The notes: generated from the letters alone by a model not told the origin. A stretch of 60,141 nt of DNA, filler included, from Basidioascus undulatus (GCA_000826855.1; 5 parts of 5 records of this genome joined end to end with filler, not necessarily neighbours in it), one strand, 5' to 3'; counted from the first letter of the whole stretch, positions 24,066 through 36,774 are shown. Numbers and translations: made by a program.

Positions 24066-24507
24066 CTAAGCCGATTCCTCCCTCCTTCCGCTTCTCCTCC
24101 AAACCCCATTCGGCGGCAGTCTCGGTGTGCATCGGGACCACCTTCATCGCCAGCACCGAACGAAGGCCCACGGCGTCGAAGGACAGCATGGCGATCCAGA
24201 GTTTCATGATCACTACCACCCCGCCAGTCAGTCGGGAGGTGAGAAACAGGCGTGACAAATCCGAGAACAGCTTCGCATACCATTCCGAAGGCTCTCCGCC
24301 AAAGCTTGGGCGAGAGGGTCGGGATGAGCGGGATCGCCGCGTACGCAACCTCGCTGCTGCCTGGGACATTTGCGATAAAACCTTTAGGCAGGCGAGAAGT
24401 GAGGCAGTTCTGGAGGACGGCTGGAGAGGACAGTGCAGCCGGTCAGCGTCGAGTACAGGCCAATTATCTGTCCTGTCTGTGCGGAAAAGGACTCACAGGC
24501 GCCGATA
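24066..24507 (-). pseudogene. duplicated 3' end of the MFS (DHA2/14-TMS) transporter
   Basis: High nucleotide similarity to 26308-26767; IGA|AVLQNCLTSRLPKGFIANVPGSSEVAYAAIPLIPTL, internal deletion, ...WIAMLSFDAVGLRSVLAMKVVPMHTETAAEWGLEE. Confidence 0.8.
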
Positions 24508-26307
24508 GGCTGGTCTGGTGGGCCACTGTTGCTACGGCAGGCAATGCAGATTGTGCTTCAATATTCGGCCTACCGTATGTTAGAACATCAGAATTATTCT
24601 TGTTCAATACAGACACATGCAAAGTGTCTTGGTAAAACAGGTTTATGCACATAAACCGCCAGCAATGTGAACCACCACCCTGACTATAGGAGCGGCACAT
24701 AACAATTGTTGTCCATGTCGAAGGCGTGTTAAAACTTTTTGGTACTATACTTAAGCGTGTGTTCCGTAATTTTTCATGGTCTCGAGTTTGATGCTCGGTT
24801 CCCAGCTACTGGGATGGTTACTTTGCGTGCCATATCAAACAACAGCATGTGCCTGTTTGTGATTGGTATCGCAGAGAAGGGTTTCTGAAGCGGATTTGGA
24901 CAGAATCCCATCATACGGAGGTGGCTGGCACAAATGGGGGAAGTGAGGATGTTCGGATATGAATGGAAGGCTGCCATTCTGAGGGCTATTGAGGTGCGGC
25001 GATGGTTGGCCAGTATATTTCGTTGAACAATCCACCTGCAGAACAGGACAACTTGTCCCCCTTATGGTGGCTTGTTTGTAAGAAGGGCTGACGTGATGAA
25101 CTGACCTAACACCGCCAGCCGCGCTTCCTGTTCGCGGTCATGGCCCAGATATGGATCTGTATGTGCAGGTAAATGTGAGACTCCCTCTCATTTGCAACTT
25201 CGCCACAGGAAATATTCATTAGAATATTGCGGCTTTGGAATTATTGAGTCATTGATGGCTGGTGATAGAACAGAGAACGGTGCACATCCGCGTGTTCCCT
25301 TCCAGGAATATTGCCTGCTGCCAAAGGTGGGGGGGGGGTTATATCGTGCTATCTGTTTATCAAATGTCTGCAGCGCTTGCAGGTGGTCCTCACACCCACC
25401 TGGATTTCCCCTTCAGAAAATGCTTTCTAGCGTTTCCACGTACCCTGCAATGGCAATGGGACTGATGCCCGCAAATCCTATAGGGATTCATTGGCCACAT
25501 TTTTTAACTTCCTTCCAGATTCACACACCCGAGCAGGACCTTTGCTTTGATCATACTCAGTCAGGTGACGTTGCCGCACATATCCTTTGCAGTGAGGGGA
25601 TCAAGCTTGAGAGCAACAAGGACGAGTGACTTGTACACCAACGGGGCCATTCTTTGCCCTTGGCTTGAGAATTAAGTGAACACTTGCACATCCGTCCCCA
25701 GCATCCGCACGAGTAGTCTTAACATATGTCCGCGCTCAGCGCCCCTCAGTCGGTGGACACAGAATGCAGAGCAGCAGCTGTGGAAATGCGGCACGGGAAG
25801 GAAGGGTAATAACTTATCCAGTCTTATGAAGAGTCCTAAATCATTGCAGAGGTTTTTTGAAACTGCGCTTGACCACATAGTACTGCTTCTGGAGGTCAAG
25901 GCAGGTGCTGTGCCGCATCTCTGAGTAGTTCTTGAGAAATGTGTAGATTGCGTGGACTTCGAAAGTTAGGCAGCACAAAATGAAAGGCTGATTCACATAT
26001 TGAAAATTTCCAGCTGTCTAACATTCAGGCTTCAAACGCACATGAGATGGGCGTTGCGGACAAGCCGTGAACTCGTTGGATCGACTTACCGCCATTGCTT
26101 TGGAGGACGGGAGCGTCAAAGGTCCAAGGTTCTTTAAATATATTGAAAACTAATGTAACTTAGAGTTCGCAGGAACGATGGCAGCGGGCAACCGTTGATG
26201 TGACGAAACGCGCCCTTGTGTTGCTTTCCCAACTTTTCCCAAGCTCTCACATGCGAGGAAGTTACCCCATCTTTGACATTATGAAGCACATCGCCGAACA
26301 AATAGTC

Positions 26308-27786
26308 CTAAGCGGACGACGTCCCACCCTCCTTCTTCCTCTCCTCTAGCCCCCATTCCGCCGCAGTCTCAGTGTGCATGGGGACCTCCCTCATCGCCAG
26401 CACCGAGAGAAGGCCCACAGTTGCGAAAGGCAGCATGACGATCCAGACTTTCCCACATCACACGTGTCAGTCCGGTTGAGTAACACACGCGGAGAGGTCG
26501 AAGACGAGCAGCGCGCACCGTTCCGAAGACTCTCTGCGAATGCTGTCTTCACTGCTACCTGCAGCTCGGGTGAGAGGGCCGGGATGAGCGGGATCGCGGC
26601 GTACGCGACCTCGCTGCTACCTGGGACGTTTGCGATAAATCCATCAGGGAGGCGAGAAGTGAGGCCGTTCTGGAGGACGGCTGGAGAGGACAGTGCAGCC
26701 GGTCAGCGTCGAGTGCGTGCCAGTTGGCTGTTCTGTTTGTGCCGACATGGACTCACAGGCGCCGATGGAGATTCCGAACGTTTGACCCAGCGATCGCATG
26801 TACGAGAGGAGGGCGAGCGCCTTGTCTGCCGAGGAGGGAGGGAGTGGTGCGAGGATCGGGAAGGTCGTTGAAGCGTACAGGGCGCCGAGGCTGGATAGAA
26901 AGGCGGCCGGAAGTGAGTCCTAAGGCCCCTTCCCCCGCTGGGTTTGCTGTGGACGGAGAATGGCGCACCCGATGCCGAGTACCACCTGGAAGCCGGCCCA
27001 CAGCCCCGTTTCGGAGTTGAACTGAAACAAGCTGTCCATTAGTATAGTTTAGAATGCAGGATCCCAGGACTGCTACAATGCGCTCGAACCTTCAGTAAGG
27101 TGAACAGGCCTGCATAAAACGCCGCGTCAGCACAAGCTGCCCTGGCTCCAAAAGTAAGCACTCTTCACCTAGTCCGACAGTTATGAACACCCAGCCGACA
27201 AGGTTCTGGGGTCGATATCTGGACCGCGAAGCACAAACGGTCAGCTTCGGTGCCAGGGTGGAAAGCTGAGCAGCCGCGGCTGGACAGACATCTTGAACAC
27301 CTGAACCGATATGCCCGTGATAATCCCAAAGGGAGCGACTGTGAAGAACCCATTTCAGTTAAAGTGGAGGGTGGAAGACAAGACAGCACTGTCAACACAC
27401 TTGTGAAAGCCGCAGGAAAGATAGCGATCCCAGAATGGACGGGGCCTTTGCTAAGGCAGGCTTGCACTGATTTAGTCATCCCCATGTAAGTAGCACTACT
27501 TCAACCAAGATATCAGAATGGAGAAGGCACAAAACGTCGGTAAGTAGTAGATAACAGCACAGCTGACGATTCCTGAGGTGAAGAAGGTCAGCATTCATTC
27601 GCAGTCTACCCACGGAGTTTCTCAACAGGCTCACCGTGAATGAACGTGCCAATGTGACCAGCCAAGCTCGTGCGGTTGTTTATGATCCCGAACGGAATCG
27701 TAGGTTCAACCACAAAGAATCGTTCAAAGAGCACGAAGCCCACCAGGCCTGCCAGGCCGATGAGCAGCGGGGCAAGGACATTTCCG
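26308..27786 (-). pseudogene. MFS drug:H+ antiporter (DHA2/14-TMS type), C-terminal half only
   Basis: Spliced exons give GNVLAPLLIGLAGLVGFVLFERFFVVEPTIPFGIINNRTSLAGHIGTFIHG|IVSCAVIYYLPTF|LQACLSKGPVHSG...YRPQNLVGW...FPILAPLP...RSLGQTFGISIGA|AVLQNGL...YAAIPLIP...AFAESLR|VWIVM...EVPMHTETAAEWGLEE. The upstream intron runs into a kinase fragment; N-terminal TMs absent. Confidence 0.85.
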
Positions 27787-27811
27787 CTGTAAGGTGAGGA
27801 GTGCATAATGT

Positions 27812-28222
27812 CAGCTATTTCAAGACTGTTGTGGTGGAACGGACAAGTTGGGATATATCTCAGGTGACATTAAGCTGGCCAACATAGTGCTGGAGGACCG
27901 CTTGCGCCTACGCCTCATAGACTTCGGTAACTCCGCCCGCATGGGAAGTGACTGCCTGGTTCTCAGGAAGTATGCCGACCTCGTGGCACCCACCGAAGAC
28001 TACATCGCGCCTGAAGTGCTTAGGGGAGGGGCCAAGAGGTACGGTGTTGCATCCGAGGTCCACGCCGCGGGTGTAACCATCTATCAGTTCTGCACGGCCA
28101 GGGTGCCCTACGAAGGTCTCACTCGCAGTGGGGCTAGGAAGGCTGCTCTGTCGGGGAAGTATCCGACCCCGGACGGGCCTCTCGGAGCGCTCGTAGACGC
28201 TTGCTGTAAGTCAGACCCTTGA
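27812..28222 (+). pseudogene. Ser/Thr protein kinase C-lobe fragment
   Basis: KLGYISGDIKLANIV...RLIDFGNS...TEDYIAPEVL...YGVASEVHAAGVTIYQFCTARVPY...LVDACCKSDP*. Subdomains VIb-XI; HxD altered to SGD, N-lobe absent, stops before the conserved subdomain XI Arg; intronless. Confidence 0.85.
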
Positions 28223-29760
28223 ATGACTTGAGCTGTTAACTGTCGCCTTGGATTGAAGATGAACCAGACGGTGCTGTTGCCGTCCTTGTCAGCATCAGCT
28301 CCGTCTTAATTTGGAAGAAGCCTCGAACCTCCCTGAACCCGGGCGCATCGGTTTTGTACAAAAGTGCATGCTCTCCTCCGGCTCCTTTCCCTCCTTCTTC
28401 CCCTCATACTTCCTCTCCTCCTCCTCCTCTTCCCCCTTCTCCTACTTTCTCTTCCCTTACATCGTCTTGCTCAGCCCGGTGCTGACCATTCCTCCCGCAC
28501 AGGTAACGGACAATGTGCTCTTTGCGCCTCTGACTGCGCCAGAGCTCATTCGCCTTTCTCACAAAATGAATGCTTTGGTGAGTGCCGTGCGCTGCCTCCT
28601 CAACGCCCTGTACCGCCTTGCAAACCTCAGCTCACCGGCGTATCCTCTTACGAGCATACTATCTGCAGAAATCTGCAGGCAGCCACAGGGGATGCATTGG
28701 TCTCCCGGCCTTGTTGTTTACATTTTCTCTCTTCTCCCTCTCCTCACTCACGTGATCCATGGCTTTGTCCTTTCGCTCTATCGTCACAGCTGCCTGGAAG
28801 GGCAGCCTGGGAGGGCAAAGCTGCGGTGGGCATGGTGGACGGGGGTGAGGCCGGGTGGGTGGTGAGGAGGTGTTGAAACAGCTAGTTTGCAGTGATTTAA
28901 ATGTCTGGTCGGATATGAGCGCGAATATGAAGAAAGTTCTTGAAAGCAAATAAAACGAAGCAAGGATCAATGCGTGCTCAGCCGTCCATAAGGCGATATG
29001 CGTGCCAAAAGGTTGGCACCTGTGCCATCAGAACAGGGAAAGTTGCTGGCTGCAATGCCAGTCAAGACGGTTTGGGAGCCAGATGCAGACGGTTTAAATG
29101 CACGCATGTCGGCAGAGAGTCCTACACAGTTTGGGCGGACTGCCGTCCAGGACGGCCCAGGAGCTGAATTGCACTGTCGCTGAAGACGGACCAGAACGGC
29201 ACTCGACTGTCCAAGACGGAGTCGTCTCTGGCACCGACAAACCACGATACTGTCGCGTCTAGTGCCGACTTTTTTTATGCTAAAGCAGCCTTCCTCCTGT
29301 CCGTCTCACACGTCTGTCATGTCGACACAATAGTTCATAGGGGGCCGGCCGCGGAGGTACGCACACTGCTCAGGATGCTTTGGATCAAACGAGTAGACAC
29401 GCTACGATGAGCGCAGCCGCAAAATATACTATATGTCAAATAAATGTCATGAGGGAGTACATAGATGTGAGTTGGAAGCGCTCTGCCGCCGTCGATACGT
29501 TTGGCAATGTAGCGAAAGCGCTGTGGCACACGATCGCAAGCACTAAGGCGATGCACCTGATAGAGTAAGTACTTGTATTCTATTGAAAAACCTAGCATCT
29601 TAAGACAAGCCTAAGAAACAAACCACAAAGTGTGAATGCATGTGTGCCGACACGCGGACAGAATTTACAACATAGTTTTGCGATTACCAATCTACTCGAC
29701 GCGCGAAAAAGCGTGCAGAAGAGTTCCCCTATCGTTACAGAGCACTTTGAAGTCAGAATT

Positions 29761-31144
29761 TTACCGCCAGCTTGGTGCAGAAGCTGGAACACGTACCGAC
29801 CTGAGTCCCAAACTTCGACCCGCCCTCCTTCGAACTGGCGCACCTGCAGTTCGACATTCACGTCGAGTTTCGGGGCAGAGACAGCATGCCCGATTTAGCG
29901 TGGGCAGCACCTCAACGAGCCGGAGAAGAAGTATGCGAGGCAAGTCGTGTTCGAGCTCGCAGCCCGGCTCCCGTGTCTCTTCGAGAGCTGTTCCCAGTAC
30001 AAGCTGTTGCATGCGGAGAGGTTCAATCTCGGACGTAAACTCCTGCACAGGGACCAATATCAGCATTAGATGTGAGAAAAGACCAGCAAATGACCCACAT
30101 CAATATCCATCTCGGAGAGCTCCTCGTGCGTGCAAAGCGAGAGCCGCTCGAGGCGCGGAACGCACTCAGCAACTTTGCTGCTAAATAACCAGAGCTGATC
30201 AACTCGATAGTACCCAAAATGGAGTCTCGTGAGCGATGCACCATCAAGATAGGACAGCATGCGGGACAGAATGTTGACGTTGATCAGTCCCTGGACGCGC
30301 AACTCCGCGAGGTTACGACAGTTCCGGAAGAATCCCTCCGTCGCCACGTATCGATTGTGAGCTTCTTGAGTGAGCGCAAGGTGCGGTCTGGTACTGTTTG
30401 TCCTGGAGGCATGCGGGGGAACAGAGGAGCGTCCATGGGCTTGTAGAGCTCGAGACTCGAAAGACGCGGCATGTGGAGAAGCGCTTCCGCGTATTGCATC
30501 AACCCCCAGTCGTCTGTTTGGGGTCCCCTGAAATGAGGTGAGTTAGAGTGAGATGTTCCAACGTTGCTCCCGAGCGTCGGAGGACCGAGTAAGATCATGT
30601 GGGCGGACTGGTCGCCATACGAAATCATGTCCCAGGTGAGTCTTAGCTGGAACGGGTCCGATGAGTTAGCCCAGACAGCCCCGAAACGAATAAACTGGCC
30701 AAGACATTGAGTGAGGGTTTCGGAAGGTTGAATTCCAGTGAGCGCAGGTGGGGCAGGCGCTCGAGATCCTCAGCCAGCACGTCCAGCTCCCCGTGAAGGG
30801 GTTGTGCCGCCTCAAATACACGCTCCTAAAGGATGCAAAGCGCTCTCATTATCAGCAAAAGTCTTGGCATACCACAAATAGAGCATTGGCGCACCGAATG
30901 TACGCACGGATCTCAGGCTTTGTGCCCAAGACATAGAGGTAGAGCGGTGGGTTGCGCTCAATAATAAACCGCTCGGCTGAGAAGACCGCTTTGAGAAGTT
31001 CAGAGTACCGTGCGAGAATATCTCGGGCTCGAGGATGGCGCGGAGGCGAGAGGAGCAGCTCGAGAAAGCGCAGAGCACTTTGATGTCAAGTGGCGACGCG
31101 ATTGCCCGCACCAGCTCGGTCGGAAATTGATTGATAGTTCCCAT
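29761..31144 (-). pseudogene. F-box/LRR-like protein pseudogene
   Basis: MGTINQFPTELVRAIASPLDIKVLCAFSSCSSRLRAILEPEIF (F-box); LRR-like MPRLSSLEL, LRSLKKLTI, CRNLAELRV, VPRLERLSL spread over several frames with stops. Confidence 0.75.
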
Positions 31145-33131
31145 GGTCCGCGATCTCCTGATATGTAAGCAGCAGGAAGGGGAGGTGGATGTTGTGGGCG
31201 TGGAGTGAGGAGGAAAGCGAGGGCGGATCCTGAAACGAGGGAGACGGGGGAGGCGGGCGGCTTTTGTTGTGAACGCTGGACCCAGTCGCGAACGCCCCAA
31301 ATTACGTAGAACTGCTTCGAGCGTTAGCCATTGCAAAAGCATACCTGTGTGATGACTGCGTTAAATCGCAAAGCGTGTAACATTGTATGTCTCCTCTCGA
31401 TCCCACGGGCCGCGGGGGTTTTTGCCCTCATAATTCCTGCTTGACATGCTATTGCAAGCATACTTTACCTCCAGTAGGACACGCAACTACCGTTGGAGAG
31501 GCTGTAGTACAGACAACTCTTGACGTTTTCGAGTAAATGAGGCTCCTTCGTCAGCAGACTGCGCTGTAACCCGTGTGCAGCCGTGAGAGTGCAGCGACAG
31601 AACATGGCAAACCAAGAGATCAAGATCTTCCTGGTCACCGCACACTGTGCCATGGTAAAGCAATAGATCGAGTAGAAAAGATGCAATCTGTTAGTGTTCG
31701 AGGCGGTTCTGCCATGTCCTGCTCAGCCGCAGAGAGGCAGCAAGAGGCTCTTGCAAGGCTTTCTTCTTTACAGCCTAACTTGCACTAAATAAAGTTCATT
31801 GATCAGTCTTGGGAATTTACAGCCGCCCAGGCAACCGTCATGATTCTGGATAAGCCCAAGAGCTAATCAGCACCGAGAGCACTGACTGTGTACCGAAGGA
31901 AGGAAGCGACCCGACTTACCCATTGATGACCAGCAGCCACTGCCAGCTTTCCAGTCAGCCGTTCCTATTGAGGTTGGTATAACGCCCAGCCTATCTCGAT
32001 AATTAGTTGAAACAGGGAGCTAATGGATACTCCATGAGATATCTGCATAAAGCCGGTGAAGAAATTTCCCGCCGCGCCAGACCGCCGCGCTTTTTCGGCT
32101 CTTTCTATGCGGTAGCTCACGACTCACAGTGACAGTGGAGATTTTTAAGTAATACAATCATCCGACTAACCGATAGGTCCAAAGCCCGCACTGCAAGTGC
32201 CCAGCGCGCTTCTCACCCCCCCTGCTTCCGTTGCCCCTAGCCCATAGGGCCCATAGGCACTCACGCCCTTGCACTGTTTCCTTGGCGTGAATAGTCGAGC
32301 GGTTGATGGCTGCTTGTGTTCCCAGGCTCGAATCCCTGCCAGGGTTCGCTCCTTGCGCTCCGGTGCATTACATTCTTTACCAGGCGCTTCAACATCCCAG
32401 AACACTTGGCCATCTTTCTCTTTTAGGAAGTGCTTAAGAAAATATGTAGTGTCTATGGATCTACCGAGAGGATGCATTGTCACCTTGCACAGACGACGGT
32501 GTGCACCCTCCCCGCTCAGAAGCAAGCACACACCAGATACTCACTGTATAATTCTTTTTCAGGAATATTTGAGAGAAACTTTGGAGATCCCTCCCACCCG
32601 CCTCAGTTCTACCTCACCCCACGGCAGCATAGCAGCACAGGATCAACCAGCCGTGCGCACTTTTCCTGCCTGTTTCGAGGCAAACTCCGAATCGCAAGCT
32701 TCCACAATTTGTTTTAGGTTTTCAAGTCTCTCGAGGTTGTGTCTACAATACAACGGTGCATGAACGAGCCTGCAGCAAGAACGAAGAGAGAAAGCAAGTC
32801 AGGCGAGCGACGGAAGGCGATGGAGGGTGGTGGCAGTGATCTCGGAGTGGATGTGAGCGGGATTGACAGCGTGGCCGAGGGCAAAAGGCCGAACTGGACC
32901 GAACGTGCGGAGCGTGGAAGAGAGAACAGAGGAGAGATGCGGTGCGGAAGGTCAAAAGAAAAGAGTCTGCGAGATGTGCGAGCATACATAGTCCTTGCAA
33001 GCAACGAGAAACGAGAAACGGTCAAATGGGGAGTGCGAGGAAAAAAGAACGAGCCAGCGGCCCTACCCTATCCAAAACCCGATCAGCTCCCTTTCCTCTC
33101 CTTCGCACCTCAAACCTGAACTCACAATCAC

Positions 33132-34787
33132 TCAGTACCGTCCCGCCCCTGCCGGCCTCTCATACGCCCCATCCCCATAGCCGCCCTGCCCCGCTCCAGC
33201 GCCGTGTTCCGGCCACCCCCCTCCCGCTCCTCCCGCCCCCCCATACGTTTCATAGTCCTCCCTATGCCGCGGTCCGACCCCGCCCTCATGCGGGGCAGGC
33301 GTAACAGGCGCGTAGTACCCGCCGTCGACGGACAGGCGCGTGTCCCACGCGTCCGGCGGGCCGGACGGGCGCGGGTGCATCGCGATGTCTTCCCCCGACG
33401 CGGCGGCGAAGAGGGAGGGAGAGGTGGTGGAGTAGACTGAGTAATACTGGAGGGAGGGGGTTAGTGCGCTGATGAGGGAGGGGAAGAAGGTCGGGGAGGG
33501 CAGGGGGGAGATGGGGCACTTTTTTGTGGTCTGCGCATAAGGGTGAGTGAGAGTGAGTGTGGCAGGGCGGAGGATGGGGAGAAGGGGAGGGTGAGGGGGA
33601 CGGACCGTTCCGCTGTTCGGAGGAGTAAATGCGCAGGACGAGGAGGAGGTACCCCTTTTCCGCGCGTGCACCCTCAATGTCAGCATCTGCTCTGACCTTA
33701 CGGCCGGCAGAAGCCACACCCAACGCAACGCACCTGCACGAGCCCCAGCAGCACCCACAGCAGCGCCATGAGCCCCACGCCTACCCATGCGAAGATCTGG
33801 TGTCCCCACCCCGAGCGTTCAGTCTTTGAAGAGAGGAAAGGGAGGGGAGGGAAGGAGAGGGGAGGGAGACGGACACCGCAGATCGTGTCCCCCGACCCGG
33901 CCAGGCTTTCGCCGGAGTTCGTGGAGTCCGTGGCGGAGTAGAAGTTGTCGACGCCTGGGTGGATGGGAGGGGGAGGGTGTGAGGAGGGTTGAGATCAGGA
34001 GGGCGGGAGATCAGAGGAAGAGGGCGAGAGGAGGAAAGGAGAGGGAAGAGGGGGAGAGGGGGAGAGGGGGAGAGGAGGAAGGAAAGGGATGGGGATGGGG
34101 GTGAGGGGAAGGGAGATGGGATAAGGGAGAGGGAGAGGGAGAGGGACGCACAGTTGTTGACAGTGGCCTTGTGCCGCACAGCCGACACAATGATGATAAC
34201 CGCCGCGACCGAGAACGCGGCGATGCTGTCCCCGCATCCCCCTCACCCCACCATCAGCTTGTCAACCCTCATCACCCATTCCCTCGTCCCTCCACGCACG
34301 TCAAGCTGCTGTTGAGCTGGTTATAGCGCCTAAAGAGCGTGGGGCGCTCCTTAAAGACGCCGATGAAACCGAGGGCCTGGACGACGGCGATGAGGATGCA
34401 CAGCACGCCGAGGATGTACGCGGCGAAGTTGGGGATGGAGGCGGCGGCGAGGACTTTCCACCACCAAAGAGCAGCACCGTCACCAATCACCATCATCAAG
34501 TCAGCAAGGGAAAAGAGTATTGTGGAGCAGGAAGTGCGAGAAGGGAGGGGAAGGAAGCAGGCTGGGGAACAGGCAACGCACTCTTTGGAGTTGCGAAGGC
34601 TAGGATACCAGTCGTGAATGACACGACGAGAAACTCGAGCAGGGCGGCGTACACGCCGACGTTGACGAGCGGGATAGCGCAGCAGCAAAAGTTGGAGGAC
34701 CAGACGGCCTGTTCATCCCACCACCACCATTCCACACCATCAGCTCCCAACCCCGTATCACAGCTTCATCCCGAAGACGCGGACCAT
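33132..34787 (-). CDS. conserved basidiomycete four-TM (tetraspanin-like) membrane protein, multi-exon
   Basis: MVRVFGMK|AVWSSNFCCCAIPLVNVGVYAALLEF...|...IAVVQALGFIGVFKERPTLFRRY...|IAAFSVAAVIIIVSAVRH...C|...GLMALLWVLLGLVQ|GYLLLVLRIYSSEQR|DHKK|YYSVY...GRY*. Confidence 0.75.
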
Positions 34788-35383
34788 GCTGTGGTTTGTT
34801 GGGCGGGGTGTGCCCGGTCAGAGAGTGTGAGGAGAGTGACAGAGAACGGGGAGACAGAGATGGGAAAACTGAAGGACGTGGGCGGGAAGGTGGGAGTGGA
34901 AGTGAGGAGAGGGGCTGCGCTGCGAAGCGAGCTGCGGCGTGAATGGTGAGGTGAGGGCGTGCTGCGGTCTTGACACTGCCTGCATCGCCTCGATGCGTAA
35001 GTTCGCTGGCATAGCTTGCAGCCCACTTCCACGGCGTGATTTTGCTCGGAGAATCGTTGGTCTGCAATGTGCACTTTCACTTGAAGAAGACTGCTGGGAA
35101 ACGTGCTGTGGCAGGCTGTTTCTTGGAATGCTGGGCGAGGCGAATTCTCCAAGGACTAACCACGGAAGGTCCGTGTTGGCGCCGTCCTCTGCCGATTGAC
35201 GCGTCGCCGTCGCGTGCAGAGCTCTTGACTTCGTCAACCACCTTCGCCTATTACCACATTGTAACCTCTCATCTCCTTGTTCATTCATAGTTTACCCATC
35301 TTTCCAATCCTCCCTGCGGCTTGTCGGTCTCCTCCCACTCACCGAACCTCCCGGCACAGCATGTCCTCAGACGACCGCCTCAC

Positions 35384-36312
35384 CTACAATGGTCCGCCTT
35401 GCCTCCTTCCCCCACCCCCCCCGCCGCCAAAGCCGGCGCTTTCCCATCCGCTCTTCTCGACCGGCTCCGGCGCAGCGGGCGGCGTGGGTGGCACGTTGAG
35501 CCGGACGCTCTTGCGGCGCCGCGGCTTGCTGCTCCCGTCGTGAGGGGAGCCGAGGTCCGAAAACGACGCGGTCGTGTCTGATCCGGGCGGCTTGAGCGGG
35601 GACGGTGAGCGCAGGGCGGAGCGCAGCGGCGCGGAGAGCGACGTCGAGCGCGAGAGCGAGCCGTCTGTCGCTGACGCTGGGGCGGCGGGGCGGACGGGCG
35701 TGGGGGCAACGATGGGCGTGGAGGAGGATACCGGCGTGGGCGCGGGTGCAGGATCGGACTCGACGATGCTCATCAGACTCTCCTGATGGCCGCTGCGTGC
35801 CTTCTTGTGCCCTAGCGAGCATTGCGGCGTGGACGGTTGGTGGTTGACCCACGAGCCGCCGAGGCCGACCGAGTGCTTGAGGTCCGGCCGGATGAGATGC
35901 GATGGGGCGGCGGACGTCGGGACGATGGAGGATGTTGGGGCGCGGGGCGGAGGGGGAAGAAGCGGGCCTGTGATCGCACGCGGGGCGGTCGGGGGCGGCT
36001 GGAGCTTCGGGGGTGCGGGAGAGGGCGAGGCGGACGCTGCGGCTGCGGACGCCTTCTTCTTCTTCTTCTTCTTCTTCTTCTTCTTCGGCGCGCTGGCCGA
36101 CGCGGATGTGTTAGAGCGTTGGACGGACGACGACTTGGGGAAGTCGGTCGTGAGCGTCTTGGCGGTGGACAGTGCGGTCGGCGGGGCGGTGACGATGTCG
36201 AGGTCGGACGCGGTCTTCTTGACGAACTTCTTCTTCTTCGGCGGCTTCGTCCCCGCATCCGCGACCGCCTTCTGCGCTGCCGTGAGCCCGGCGGGCCTTG
36301 AGCCAGGCTTGG
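35384..36312 (-). CDS. 3' part of a low-complexity Pro/Ser/Lys-rich hypothetical protein (5' truncated by contig end)
   Basis: Long open minus frame from the linker with a poly-Lys run ((TTC)11 at 36054-36086), PLRSALRSPSP and RRRKSVRL motifs. Confidence 0.6.
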
Positions 36313-36412
36313 NNNNNNNNNNNNNNNNNNNNNNNNNNNNNNNNNNNNNNNNNNNNTTAATTAATTAANNNNNNNNNNNNNNNNNNNNNNNNNNNNNNNN
36401 NNNNNNNNNNNN
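36313..36412. other. artificial contig-joining linker
   Basis: N44-TTAATTAATTAA-N44. Confidence 0.98.
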
Positions 36413-36774
36413 GGGAGGGAGAGGGAGAACGGAAGGTAGGATACGGAGGAGGTATTGCGGCGGTGCTCGCGGGCGACGCGGGAGCGCTGGATCTCCTGCG
36501 AGAGCGAGAAGGCATTAGCACACGGTCTCCTTGCACACCAATGTGCTCGCGCTCTAGACTCGATCTCATCAACCACCATAGCTTCGAAGCCAATAGCAGC
36601 CCTTTATCAAGAATCAAAGCATCTAAAGCTCACCTCCTCAAGCCCCCTCCTCTGCTCCTCCTCCTTCTCATCCTCCGCCTTCCGCACGTCCCTTACCCGC
36701 TGCGCCCACTCGCTCACGCTCCCAGAGCGCACGAGGTCCACAGACCCGCCCACGGTACGCCGCTTCTCCGCCAT
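36413..36774 (-). CDS. 5' end of a conserved basidiomycete protein (N-terminus recalled from DUF4045/gelsolin-like proteins), truncated by contig end
   Basis: MAEKRRTVGGSVDLVRSGSVSEWAQRVRDVRKAEDEKEEEQRRGLEE | intron GTGAGC..GCTAAT..CGCAG | EIQRSRVAREHRRN. Confidence 0.55.

Noticed and set aside
36054..36086. (TTC)11 microsatellite / poly-Phe ORF
   Set aside because: It is a poly-Lys tract in the minus-strand CDS; the plus-strand ORF is a shadow
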